A stretch of DNA of 64,000 nucleotides from Patescibacteria group bacterium (GCA_018971045.1 JAGWVF010000006.1:176-64175); one strand, 5' to 3'. Counted from the stretch's first letter, positions 19,110-28,148 are shown. Notes: generated by a model from the letters alone, not told the origin. Numbers and translations: made by a program.

Positions 19110-19906
19110 CAGAATGTCTCTCAATCTCACTTCGAGGGTTGTCTGCTTCCGGTAAGGGCACTATTGCGTCCCTGCTTGCAAAAGAGCTCAACATCCAGCA
19201 CGTAGATTGTGGGCAAATATTCAGGGCCATTGCACTGTATGTGCATGAACACCGAGTAAAAGGAATTGCCTCTTTCTTTAAGAAAGCAAAGATTCAGATA
19301 ACAAATCGAGATATTACAGTCGAGGGCAAAACGTATTTTCGTGAACAACTACAAACTGAGAATGTCGGTCGTCTCGCAACTGAATTGAGCCGAAAACACA
19401 GCGACAAGCTTGTATCGTTAATAAATGCTCTTCTCTCCACGATACCTCGAGTGATAGTTGATGGACGAAACGCGGGAATAGATATTCTTCCCAACCCCAA
19501 TTTTTCTTTTTTCCTTCAGACAAAATTGGAATCACGCGTGCAGCGACGATATAATCAAGAACGATCTAATGGAATAAAGGTCAGCGTTATAGATATTCTT
19601 CACAGTCTCTCTCACAGAGATGAGGTTGATAAAGAGCGGGATATCAGACTCGTTGAGCCCCAGCGACATGAGCGCACTGTTGTTACAGATGGGAAGACAC
19701 CACTGCAGTGTGTTAATGAAATCATAACTACAATCAATAAGACGAAATCACAAATATTTCTTTGGGTTGCGGTAGACAAACAAGGAAAATTCTTCACTTA
19801 CGAAGATGGAGCCGTAATTGTAGCGACTAAGAAAAGCAAAATTCCAATAAGGGTACGTGAATGCAAAGATTTCTCTATTATTCAGGTAATACTTAAGCCA
19901 GTATAG
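19106..19906 (+). CDS. Cytidylate kinase-like NMP kinase with C-terminal extension
   Basis: GLSASGKGT P-loop, VDCGQIFRA, VDGRNAG, R..RR, RD..D..R. Confidence 0.82.
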   Translation: MTECLSISLRGLSASGKGTIASLLAKELNIQHVDCGQIFRAIALYVHEHRVKGIASFFKKAKIQITNRDITVEGKTYFREQLQTENVGRLATELSRKHSDKLVSLINALLSTIPRVIVDGRNAGIDILPNPNFSFFLQTKLESRVQRRYNQERSNGIKVSVIDILHSLSHRDEVDKERDIRLVEPQRHERTVVTDGKTPLQCVNEIITTINKTKSQIFLWVAVDKQGKFFTYEDGAVIVATKKSKIPIRVRECKDFSIIQVILKPV

Positions 19907-19980
19907 ATATGACCCATGTTCTGTGTAGCACCACATTGGCAGAGCTCATTCGAGCTGGGGCAATATGTTAGAATCGAGGG

Positions 19981-21000
19981 ATGACACCTCTGTCGGCGGA
20001 AGACTTCGGGAAAGGATTTCCATTTCAGAGAGATATTTCAGAACAAATTCGCTTCTTACTGACGGCTGCCGTACGAGCCCCCTCGACGCATAATTGCCAG
20101 CCATGGCGGTTTCGGGTTGAGAATAACCGCCTCCTTGTGTATCGCGATACACGCATCCGTCTCCCACAATCAGATCCGGAGAACCGCTATGCGCACATAA
20201 GTATTGGGTTTCTTCTGCACCATATCGATCTATTGGGGAAATGGCTTTCCATGGCCCCGCAAATTTCCCTTGTGAATGGGGATGAACACGTTGCAGAGAT
20301 TACATTTTCTCCAGCGACGAAGGCAGAGGAAATCCCACCACTTGTTGTAGCGATTTTTAAACGTCGAAATCGTCGCGGTGTGTTTGAGGACAAACCAATT
20401 TCTCAATCAATATTTGATGAGGCAACAAAGATGCAAATGCCATCTTTCATTCCTCCAGAGGTGAAGGTGGTTACCGATAGAGCAGCTCTGGCGAGCATTG
20501 CCGATGCAACTTCAGGCAATATGAAACGAGTCTATAAAAGGAGAGTGTTTCGTCGCGAGATGTCTTCATGGATTACGCCAAATAATTCAACACGCAAGGA
20601 TGGCATCCCAGGGTATTCGCTCAACCAGCCAACATTCATGAGCTGGATACTCCCGACCGTTATCCGATTGGTAAATATGGGGAAGGTATTAGCCAAGCTG
20701 AACAATGAGTCTATCGCTTCAGCGGCCGCGGCCTTTGGTTTTGGGGCTGAGGATTCTCCCTCTGGATGGCTCTCGGTCGGGTTTGCCGCTTCTCACACAG
20801 CATTAACGCTTGTCGCCCATAATATCGACTACTCCGTTTTTGTCGCCTCAATAGAATATGAGGACACTCGCAAGTCAGTTGGTGAGGTCTTTCGTCTCCA
20901 TCAGCCACTCGAGTTCCTCTTTGTTGCAGGGACATTCCCCGATGAAGTTGCGTGGATGACCCCACGAATATCGATCGAAGATAAACTAATACCATCATGA
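19981..21000 (+). CDS. Acg-type nitroreductase-fold FMN-binding protein
   Basis: AVRAPSTHNCQPWRF, IFKRRNRRG.F. Confidence 0.82.
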   Translation: MTPLSAEDFGKGFPFQRDISEQIRFLLTAAVRAPSTHNCQPWRFRVENNRLLVYRDTRIRLPQSDPENRYAHISIGFLLHHIDLLGKWLSMAPQISLVNGDEHVAEITFSPATKAEEIPPLVVAIFKRRNRRGVFEDKPISQSIFDEATKMQMPSFIPPEVKVVTDRAALASIADATSGNMKRVYKRRVFRREMSSWITPNNSTRKDGIPGYSLNQPTFMSWILPTVIRLVNMGKVLAKLNNESIASAAAAFGFGAEDSPSGWLSVGFAASHTALTLVAHNIDYSVFVASIEYEDTRKSVGEVFRLHQPLEFLFVAGTFPDEVAWMTPRISIEDKLIPS

Positions 21001-22043
21001 AAAACGACTTCTCCGTTCGGATTTTTGATCCGCATCATGGGGATGATGCGGGTGAAATCGCAAAACTGCGTTCCGAGAACTACTTTTTTGTAGACACGTA
21101 TGACGAACAAATTGCGGAATTAATGGAGATACGCGATCCCGAATCGGTCGGAGGCACTCACAAACCGCTCACTGATGAGCCGGGCGAACGTATCGTCGAG
21201 TATCCGTGGCGCAAAACATTAGTGCGTATCGTAGGGCCTGAAGCATATCGTGAATTGCGTACTAATCGAAATCGGAACTTACTTACGCAGGAGGAGCAAA
21301 AGAAATTTGCTTCTGCGAACATCGGTTTCGCTGGCCTCAATGTGGGGAACCCGGGGGCAGTGTGCATTGCGCTTGAAGGTGGCGCGCACATAATGAAACT
21401 CGCTGATCTTGATGCGCTATCGGTAACGAATTTAAATCGTTTTCGTGCCGGACTTGCAGATCTTGGGCTCAATAAGGCGACACTTACTGCGCATCAGATT
21501 CTCGAGGTAGATCCTTATTACAAAATAGAATTGCACGAAAAAGGAATTACATCAGACACCGTCGAGCCATTTATCGCAGAGCCAAAGATAGATCTGCTCG
21601 TCGAAGAGATGGATGCGCTTCCTCTGAAAATAAAGATACGGGAAGTCGCGCGGAGTAAGGGTGTGCCCGTCATCATGGTGACCGGGAATGGAGAAGGAAT
21701 ATTGTTAGATGTCGAACGTTATGATCTAGAACCAGATCTGCCCATTCTTAATGATCTTTTGGAGACGCGAATAATTGATGCAGTTACGAAGCCGTCAGGT
21801 CCGCTCGCACCGCGTGAGAAAGTCGCTCTCGCGCGGGATTTCATGGGTACGAAATATTTGGACGCGCGCCTCCTCGATTCTTTTGGAGAATTCGGGAGCA
21901 AGCTTGCAGGCATCCCACAGCTCGCCGAATCGTCCTTCCTGCGTGGCGCCGCACTGTGTTATGCAGCAAAAGCGATTATACTCGGCCGACCACTCGCCTC
22001 CGGTCGATATGCATTTTCGTTCGAGAATTGTATGCAAAAATAA
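20997..22043 (+). CDS. ThiF/E1-like adenylyltransferase, Rv1355c/MoeY-type
   Basis: YPWR, LRTNRNRNL, AGLNVG, ADLD.LS.TNLNR, EEMD, DVERYD, PQL. Confidence 0.85.
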   Translation: MKNDFSVRIFDPHHGDDAGEIAKLRSENYFFVDTYDEQIAELMEIRDPESVGGTHKPLTDEPGERIVEYPWRKTLVRIVGPEAYRELRTNRNRNLLTQEEQKKFASANIGFAGLNVGNPGAVCIALEGGAHIMKLADLDALSVTNLNRFRAGLADLGLNKATLTAHQILEVDPYYKIELHEKGITSDTVEPFIAEPKIDLLVEEMDALPLKIKIREVARSKGVPVIMVTGNGEGILLDVERYDLEPDLPILNDLLETRIIDAVTKPSGPLAPREKVALARDFMGTKYLDARLLDSFGEFGSKLAGIPQLAESSFLRGAALCYAAKAIILGRPLASGRYAFSFENCMQK

Positions 22044-22061
22044 GAGCGAAAAATAAACAAA

Positions 22062-23633
22062 ATGGAATCTTTCTTAAATACAGATCTTCTCTTGGTTGGC
22101 GTAGCGGTTGCAGGTGCAGGCACGCTCGGGTTCTCTATTTATTTCTCGGACACAAAGAATTCAACTTCGCGATCCTTTCTTCTCTTCGCAATCGTAAGTA
22201 TTTTTTGGAGCATTACAAATTTCGCGAGTGCACGAGCCACTGACCCAATTCTCTTACTCTGGCTTATTCGTCTGGTTCTATTTTTTGCGATATGGCATGC
22301 TTTTTCATTCTTCATACTCGCACAGCAATTCCCAGAACCAAAACCGATTCTTCAGAAAAAAGCCTTTCTTGGATTTTTGTCTTGGACGGCAATAATATCA
22401 ATCATTGCTCTCACCCCATTTGTTTATGAATCAGTAGTCACTATTGATTCGATGATTACAACAAAGACTGGTCCGGGTATTGCGTTATTTGGACTCTCGG
22501 TATTTTGGTTTGTTGGAGCAGGTATTTGGACACTTGCTCGAAAACTTTTTCGTTCAAAGGGAATAGAACGAAATCAAATGGAATTTGTCTTTACGGGTAT
22601 GATAATGACCTTCATCTTTCTCATTATCTTTAATTTTCTTTTTCCAGCACTTCTGAATATTTCGACCTTAGTTCCTTTTGGTGGTCTTTTTCTTCTACCG
22701 TTTATCGTAGGTACAGCTTATGCAATCCTGCGCTATCGTCTCTTTGATCTCCGTGTAGCTCTTTTTGGTTTACTGACGTTTATGCTTGCGACCGCAACAT
22801 TCTTTGATGTTATTTTGGCTAATTCCATAACTCTCGTTCTGTATCGTGTAGTCGAACTTTTGCTCGTACTCGTTGCAGGAATCTTGCTTATTCGAAATAT
22901 AATCCATGAATTTAGACTTGAGAAGGAGCTTCGGCAGACCAACGAACGCCAAGAGACGCTCATCCACTTCATCGGACACGAGGTCAAAGGGTTCTTGACC
23001 AAAGATATGGGAGTTTTCGCCGCACTGCTCGAGGGAGACTACGGCACCCTGCCGGAGGAGCTCAATCCGTTCGTGACGCAGGCGCTCGCGCAGACGCGCC
23101 AAGGGGCGGATTCGGTAGCGAACATATTGAAAGCCGCGAATTTGAAAAAAGGGACCGTAACCTATACCAAGGAGCCCTTCGACCTTAAAGAGGTCGTGGC
23201 GGCGGCGGTTGAAAAGGAGAAGCTGATCGCGGAGCGGAAGGGTCTCACGCTCTCGTTTACTGCCGACGAGGGAGGGTCGTACCGGATGGTCGGCGACAAG
23301 GCGCAGATAAACGACCACGTGATTAGAAATATTATCAGTAACGCCATCAACTACACCCCAACAGGATCCATCGCCGTCTCATTGAGGCGAGACGGAGAGA
23401 AAGTGGCGCTTGAAGTAAAGGACTCAGGTATCGGCATCACCGACGAGGATAAGAAGAAACTCTTCACCGAAGGCGGCCACGGGAAGGATTCGATAAAGAC
23501 GAACGTCCACTCGACCGGCTACGGCCTCTATATCGCGAAGCAGATCATCGAGGCGCACGGCGGCACGATCACTGCCTCGAGCGAGGGAGAAGGGAAGGGC
23601 GCGACGTTTGTAGTGAAGTTCCCTGCAGTCTAA
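22062..23633 (+). CDS. Sensor histidine kinase with N-terminal multi-TM (HisKA_7TM-like) domain
   Basis: Multiple TM helices, YAILRYRLFD, FIGHEVKG H-box, NIISNAINYT N-box, DSGIGI, STGYGLYI. Confidence 0.92.
   Translation: MESFLNTDLLLVGVAVAGAGTLGFSIYFSDTKNSTSRSFLLFAIVSIFWSITNFASARATDPILLLWLIRLVLFFAIWHAFSFFILAQQFPEPKPILQKKAFLGFLSWTAIISIIALTPFVYESVVTIDSMITTKTGPGIALFGLSVFWFVGAGIWTLARKLFRSKGIERNQMEFVFTGMIMTFIFLIIFNFLFPALLNISTLVPFGGLFLLPFIVGTAYAILRYRLFDLRVALFGLLTFMLATATFFDVILANSITLVLYRVVELLLVLVAGILLIRNIIHEFRLEKELRQTNERQETLIHFIGHEVKGFLTKDMGVFAALLEGDYGTLPEELNPFVTQALAQTRQGADSVANILKAANLKKGTVTYTKEPFDLKEVVAAAVEKEKLIAERKGLTLSFTADEGGSYRMVGDKAQINDHVIRNIISNAINYTPTGSIAVSLRRDGEKVALEVKDSGIGITDEDKKKLFTEGGHGKDSIKTNVHSTGYGLYIAKQIIEAHGGTITASSEGEGKGATFVVKFPAV
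23562..23609 (+). repeat. 48-bp direct repeat in histidine kinase 3' end, copy 1
   Basis: 47/48 identical to 24880-24927. Confidence 0.95.
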
Positions 23634-23739
23634 TCGAACCTCCCTATGAATCTGAAACGGCAATCCTGCCAGCTTCGTGACGACTACTCAATACATTGAC
23701 GACTGAGTCACCGCCGCGACAGACGCCGAAGCATCACAG

Positions 23740-23768
23740 CACTCGACTTCCCGTCGGGTGCGCTTTTT
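23740..23768 (+). terminator. Probable intrinsic terminator
   Basis: GCACTCGAC-TTCCC-GTCGGGTGC followed by GCTTTTT. Confidence 0.55.
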
Positions 23769-23963
23769 AAGATGAGATAGGGAATAGACAGTGATGCACT
23801 AAACTTTGTTTAATCTGTTAGATTGCTCCGAGGACTGGACGACGTTAGAACCGTTTTGGTAGAGGGGAAAAGCGAGTTTACCTACCGCTGTCCTGCGTTT
23901 GCGATGCCTGCATAGCACACTCGCATCAAACCCACCATCCGAAATACCTGCTATACTGACAGT

Positions 23964-24326
23964 ATGGAAAATACCCCATCTTTGGATGGCTTGTTTGTGG
24001 AGGATGTTGAGGGAGATGCGGATAAACTGCTCGCTACCGAGACGGCGACAAACGAACATCTTGCTCACCTACAAACACTTCTGCCTACTGTGCAGACGCG
24101 GGAGGGGCGGTTGGCTATCGCTGACTACGGCTTCGGAAAGATGAGTGATGAGGAGGACGATAAACTCGCCTCGTATTTCTTTGTCATCTCAAGTATGAAA
24201 GCGTTTCCCCGTGTGGCACGCGATTTCTTCACAGACGCGATGCTATATTGCGAGGATGATATAGGAACATACAAAAGCGCATCTGCTGTCAAGGAAATGT
24301 ACAAAAAAATACGCCCCGCGTTGTAG
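23964..24326 (+). CDS. Hypothetical protein (acidic, 120 aa)
   Basis: ORF with TATACT -10-like box just upstream of ATG; no recognised motif. Confidence 0.6.
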   Translation: MENTPSLDGLFVEDVEGDADKLLATETATNEHLAHLQTLLPTVQTREGRLAIADYGFGKMSDEEDDKLASYFFVISSMKAFPRVARDFFTDAMLYCEDDIGTYKSASAVKEMYKKIRPAL

Positions 24327-24368
24327 CGGAGCGTTGCGGGGGCCTAAACTAGGCGGGAGGAGAAGCGA

Positions 24369-24569
24369 CTAGCGCTTCGACTTGTTGGGGACGGCGTTGG
24401 CACTCTTGACGCGACCACTACTATCCTTGTGAACCGCGATGTGCTGGTGGTCATTCTTACTGCCACCAGTATCGCGTATGTACTCTGTAGTGGTACCACC
24501 GCCCTGACGGTCTTTAGTTTTCTCGTTTACGGAACCGCCACTGTCTTTGAACCAGCCTGACCAACCCAT
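24369..24569 (-). CDS. Small Gly/Lys-rich hypothetical protein (66 aa)
   Basis: GAGGAG SD 8 nt before ATG; HxH motif. Confidence 0.65.
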   Translation of the reverse strand: MGWSGWFKDSGGSVNEKTKDRQGGGTTTEYIRDTGGSKNDHQHIAVHKDSSGRVKSANAVPNKSKR

Positions 24570-24794
24570 AATAGAACTCCTCTAGCTAGAAGGAAGGAAT
24601 GTGCTCTGCCGCCTCTTGCGACATTGAGAGCAATCTATCATGCCCGCCTTATATTTTCAAGGAGGCGGGCTTGCTCGGCTTGGAGACCCGCGTTGAAAAT
24701 GATGCGGTACTCGAAGTCATTGTTCACCTTTTGGAAGTTCTCAAAACCCACCTGCTCAAGGGCGGCTCATCCGCCAAGACTGTCAACAACCACC

Positions 24795-24842
24795 GGTAGT
24801 GTAGCTGACGCGCGCAATCTTGTCACAGAAGCTCTCTTGATA
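24795..24842 (+). repeat. 48-bp dispersed element, copy A
   Basis: GGTAGTGTAGCTGACGCGCGCAATCTTGTCACAGAAGCTCTCTTGATA, 44/48 identical to 29394-29441. Confidence 0.9.
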
Positions 24843-24879
24843 TGAAAATTTCCCTTTGAAATGCAATTGCTCTAATGTG

Positions 24880-24948
24880 GGCACCATCACTGCCTCGAGC
24901 GAGGGAGAAGGGAAGGGCGCGACGTTTACGGTTGAATTTCCAGAATAA
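24880..24948 (+). pseudogene. Orphan alternative C-terminus of the histidine kinase (includes repeat copy 2)
   Basis: Reads GTITASSEGEGKGATFTVEFPE* versus GTITASSEGEGKGATFVVKFPAV* in the intact gene. Confidence 0.85.
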
Positions 24949-25057
24949 TGGTGCAGTTCGACTTGGCTTTTGACTAAACACCAGCGTTTTGTATACTGAA
25001 GAGACTGTTTGTGCGGTGGAATGTTGCACTGTCTGCTCCCAGTAGTTATTCATTTCT

Positions 25058-26473
25058 ATGAAAAGAACCCACATCAAAGAACTCAAAGAGTGCGTTGGTC
25101 ATGGCGTTGTCATACAGGGCTGGGTTCATATACGGCGCGATCAGGGGAAGATGGTCTTCCTTGATATTCGCGATGCCTCGGGAGTAGTGCAAAGCGTAAT
25201 TTTGCCAAAGAGCGAGGCAATAGAGATGGGGAAAGTAGTGCGCGAAGAATTTGTGGTGCAGGTTGAGGGTATTGTCCGTGAACGCCCGGAGCAAAACAAA
25301 AAGAAAGATGTTCAAAACGGTGACATTGAACTCGAAATACAAAAACTCACCCTCTTAAACGAAGCATCTACGCCCCCGTTCCCACTCAATGAGGATACGC
25401 GTTCAGTCGACGAGTCGGTGCGGCTAGAATATCGCTATCTTGATTTGCGTAATGCTCGGATGCAAAAAAATATTACGAACCGATCTCGCGCGCAGTATCT
25501 CATTCGCACGCTTCTTGAGAAGGAAGGGTTTCTCGAGATTGAGACGCCGCTTCTCTCTGCACCTACTCCTGAGGGGTCGCGCTCATTTGTCGTCCCGAGC
25601 CGCGTGTACCGGGGGAACTTCTATTCACTGCCGCAATCACCGCAGCAATATAAACAGCTGCTCATGGTTGGTGGAGTCGAGAAATATTTTCAATTCGCGC
25701 GTTGTATGCGCGATGAAGACACGCGTGGCGACCGCCAGCCGGAATTTACTCAACTCGACATGGAGATGGCCTTCGTCACCCAAGAAGAGGTCATGCAGCT
25801 CAATGAGCGATTACTTGTCGAGACTGTACGCACGCTTTATCCGCATAAGCACATACAGGAGATCCCATTCCCCCGCATGACCTATAAAGAAGCTGTGGAA
25901 AAGTATGGGAGTGACAAGCCTGACATTCGCAAGGATAAAAATGATCCGAATCTTCTCGCATTTCTCTGGGTTATTGATTTTCCTATGTTCGAGAAGACGG
26001 GAGAGGATAATGTCGATGGTACTGGCGAGTGGACCTTTACCCACAACCCGTTCTCAAAGCCGAAGGATGAGCATATGGAACTCTTTATGAAGAAAGAGAA
26101 TATCGGCGATATACAAACGACCCAATATGACATTACGCTTAACGGCAGTGAGATTGGAGGCGGGAGTATTCGGAACCACCAGTCTGAAGCGCTCAAGACA
26201 ACGTTTGAGATCATGGGGTATAACGAAGATCGTATTCAAACCAACTTCGGCCATATGCTGAAGGCGCTGCAATTTGGCGCGCCGCCGCACGGAGGAATCG
26301 CATGGGGATTTGACCGACTCCTTATGATTCTCGAGAACGAGCAGAATATTCGCGAAGTGATACCGTTCGCAAAGACGGGTGACGGGAAGGATCTTATGAT
26401 GCATGCGCCCGCCGAAATTCCGGATATCCAGAAAAAGGAATTGGGCATACAGGTGTTGAGCAAAGAAATTTGA
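25058..26473 (+). CDS. aspS: Aspartate--tRNA ligase (short form lacking GAD insertion)
   Basis: RLEYRYLDLR, LPQSPQQYKQLLM, RDED.RGDRQPEFTQLD.E, GAPPHGGIAWGFDRL. Confidence 0.95.
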   Translation: MKRTHIKELKECVGHGVVIQGWVHIRRDQGKMVFLDIRDASGVVQSVILPKSEAIEMGKVVREEFVVQVEGIVRERPEQNKKKDVQNGDIELEIQKLTLLNEASTPPFPLNEDTRSVDESVRLEYRYLDLRNARMQKNITNRSRAQYLIRTLLEKEGFLEIETPLLSAPTPEGSRSFVVPSRVYRGNFYSLPQSPQQYKQLLMVGGVEKYFQFARCMRDEDTRGDRQPEFTQLDMEMAFVTQEEVMQLNERLLVETVRTLYPHKHIQEIPFPRMTYKEAVEKYGSDKPDIRKDKNDPNLLAFLWVIDFPMFEKTGEDNVDGTGEWTFTHNPFSKPKDEHMELFMKKENIGDIQTTQYDITLNGSEIGGGSIRNHQSEALKTTFEIMGYNEDRIQTNFGHMLKALQFGAPPHGGIAWGFDRLLMILENEQNIREVIPFAKTGDGKDLMMHAPAEIPDIQKKELGIQVLSKEI

Positions 26474-26562
26474 AGAGCCCTATATCGTCAAGCAGATCAC
26501 CGAGGCGTACGGCGGGCAAAGTTCACTGGACTTTGCCCGCTAAGATTTTACAATAATCAACA

Positions 26563-27864
26563 ATGAATCTGCCCAAGAGTATTTCAAATCTATACTGGTC
26601 TTTTAAGGATCGGAAGTTGATAGAAGACGTATACCGAGATTCAGACTGCCATTTTATTTATTTGCCGCGGGATACAAAAAAGATATTCATTGATGTGTAT
26701 ATAAAAGCCGGAGCGTTGCTCGAAGACGAGCGGCAGGCCGGCATCGGGCATGTCTTGGAACATTACATTTCTGCGCTTGTACACAAGGAACTCCCCGACG
26801 ACGTGAAATTTGGAGCAAAGATTAACGATGATTACATAGTTTTTTATCTCGAGTCAGAAGCTGATACGACCCTCGTACACGCTTTCAATACGCTTTTCGA
26901 AGTCCTCACCCGCCCGGATTTTTCTCAGAAAGAAGTCTTCGACTACGAAAAGAGATCCATCATGAGCGAATTGGGAGAGGAGAAAAATGATATAGAACGC
27001 AGATTGGAAAGATTGGTCGAACGGACACGGTATGTAGACGAGCCGAACGGGAGATCCTTCGTTGATCATCTCCCGAAAATGAAGGAGTTATCGCTGGAAA
27101 ATATCGCTACCTATCATAAGAAGATTCTTACCAAAGAACACATTACGATATTCGTATCCGCAGTAAAATCTCACCCCAGCGTTCTTTCTGCCGTTACAGA
27201 CAAACTAGATATTCTGAATGTATCGAAAGGGGTGCCCGATTTCCCACGGCCAACCTACTCTGATTTCTCAATAGTTATTGACGAGGATCCGAACCTTTCC
27301 GGAAGTTACCTTGTCATGACCTTTCCCTCTCTCAATCGGACAGCGAGCTTGAAAGATGAGGTAATCCTCGATTTATTAATCGAGATCATGAAAGATCCGG
27401 AACACAAAGGAGCTCGACAAGAAATGAGGGAACAGGGTATCTATGATATTACTGTCGTGCAACACGAAGGAGCTCATAACGGGTATCTGGCGATGAGAAG
27501 TTACGTAAGTAATGATCAAATCGTGGCGTGGATACAGATCGTCGCTTCTCTCATGCGTATCCTAAAGGAAAGTGGACCGAGCCAGTCTCTCTTTGAGCGG
27601 ATAAAGGGGGAGTGGATCGGCGACATGACGACCCATTGGCGGACTAATAGCGGACGTTTCGCGCTCCTGAGCGACCGCATCTTGAACCAAGGAAATGTTC
27701 CCGGATATAAAAAGGAAATTGAGGAGATTGCCGCGTCTGCGACCGTCAACGATGTACGCGAAATGGCCAAGAAGATATTTGAAAGAGAAAAGGTTAATCT
27801 GATTCTCTTCGGAGAAAACACCGGACTCAGCCGAGAAGAAATAGCGAAAGCGATGGTCTTCTAG
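26563..27864 (+). CDS. M16 family (insulinase-like) metallopeptidase
   Basis: GIGHVLEH inverted zincin HxxEH; EK..I.SE. Confidence 0.8.
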   Translation: MNLPKSISNLYWSFKDRKLIEDVYRDSDCHFIYLPRDTKKIFIDVYIKAGALLEDERQAGIGHVLEHYISALVHKELPDDVKFGAKINDDYIVFYLESEADTTLVHAFNTLFEVLTRPDFSQKEVFDYEKRSIMSELGEEKNDIERRLERLVERTRYVDEPNGRSFVDHLPKMKELSLENIATYHKKILTKEHITIFVSAVKSHPSVLSAVTDKLDILNVSKGVPDFPRPTYSDFSIVIDEDPNLSGSYLVMTFPSLNRTASLKDEVILDLLIEIMKDPEHKGARQEMREQGIYDITVVQHEGAHNGYLAMRSYVSNDQIVAWIQIVASLMRILKESGPSQSLFERIKGEWIGDMTTHWRTNSGRFALLSDRILNQGNVPGYKKEIEEIAASATVNDVREMAKKIFEREKVNLILFGENTGLSREEIAKAMVF

Positions 27865-27917
27865 CACGAGCGACACGGGAGTATAGAGCGGCGCCATCTC
27901 TTAAAAAGGAGTTCATT

Positions 27918-28148
27918 GTGAACACCGGCAGCAAGGAAATGCGGAACCCGCACGAGAGGGACGGTTTCAAGACCTCCTCAATTACTCGGTATCTTCCCAT
28001 CAAGACCTGCGTCGCCGTTCGGATTGGCGACGTATCAGTCGATGTCCGGGACACCAAGGACCCTTCGAGTCCCACTCTCTCGTTCACCAGAGCCGAATGG
28101 GACGCTTTTATCCAGGGCGTGAAGAAGAACGAGTTCGACATCACGTAA
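27918..28148 (+). CDS. DUF397 domain protein
   Basis: FKTSS...CVAV...VDVRDTKDP..PTLSFTRAEWDAFIQGVK.NEF; AAGGAG SD. Confidence 0.85.
   Translation: MNTGSKEMRNPHERDGFKTSSITRYLPIKTCVAVRIGDVSVDVRDTKDPSSPTLSFTRAEWDAFIQGVKKNEFDIT

Noticed and set aside
24638-24842. Minus-strand reading with in-frame TGA (…SLGG*AALEQVGFENFQKVNNDFEYRIIFNAG…) suggesting UGA recoding or a pseudogene
   Set aside because: TGA is a normal stop for aspS, rluA, thyX and recO here, so code 25 is excluded; no family was recognised for the fragment.
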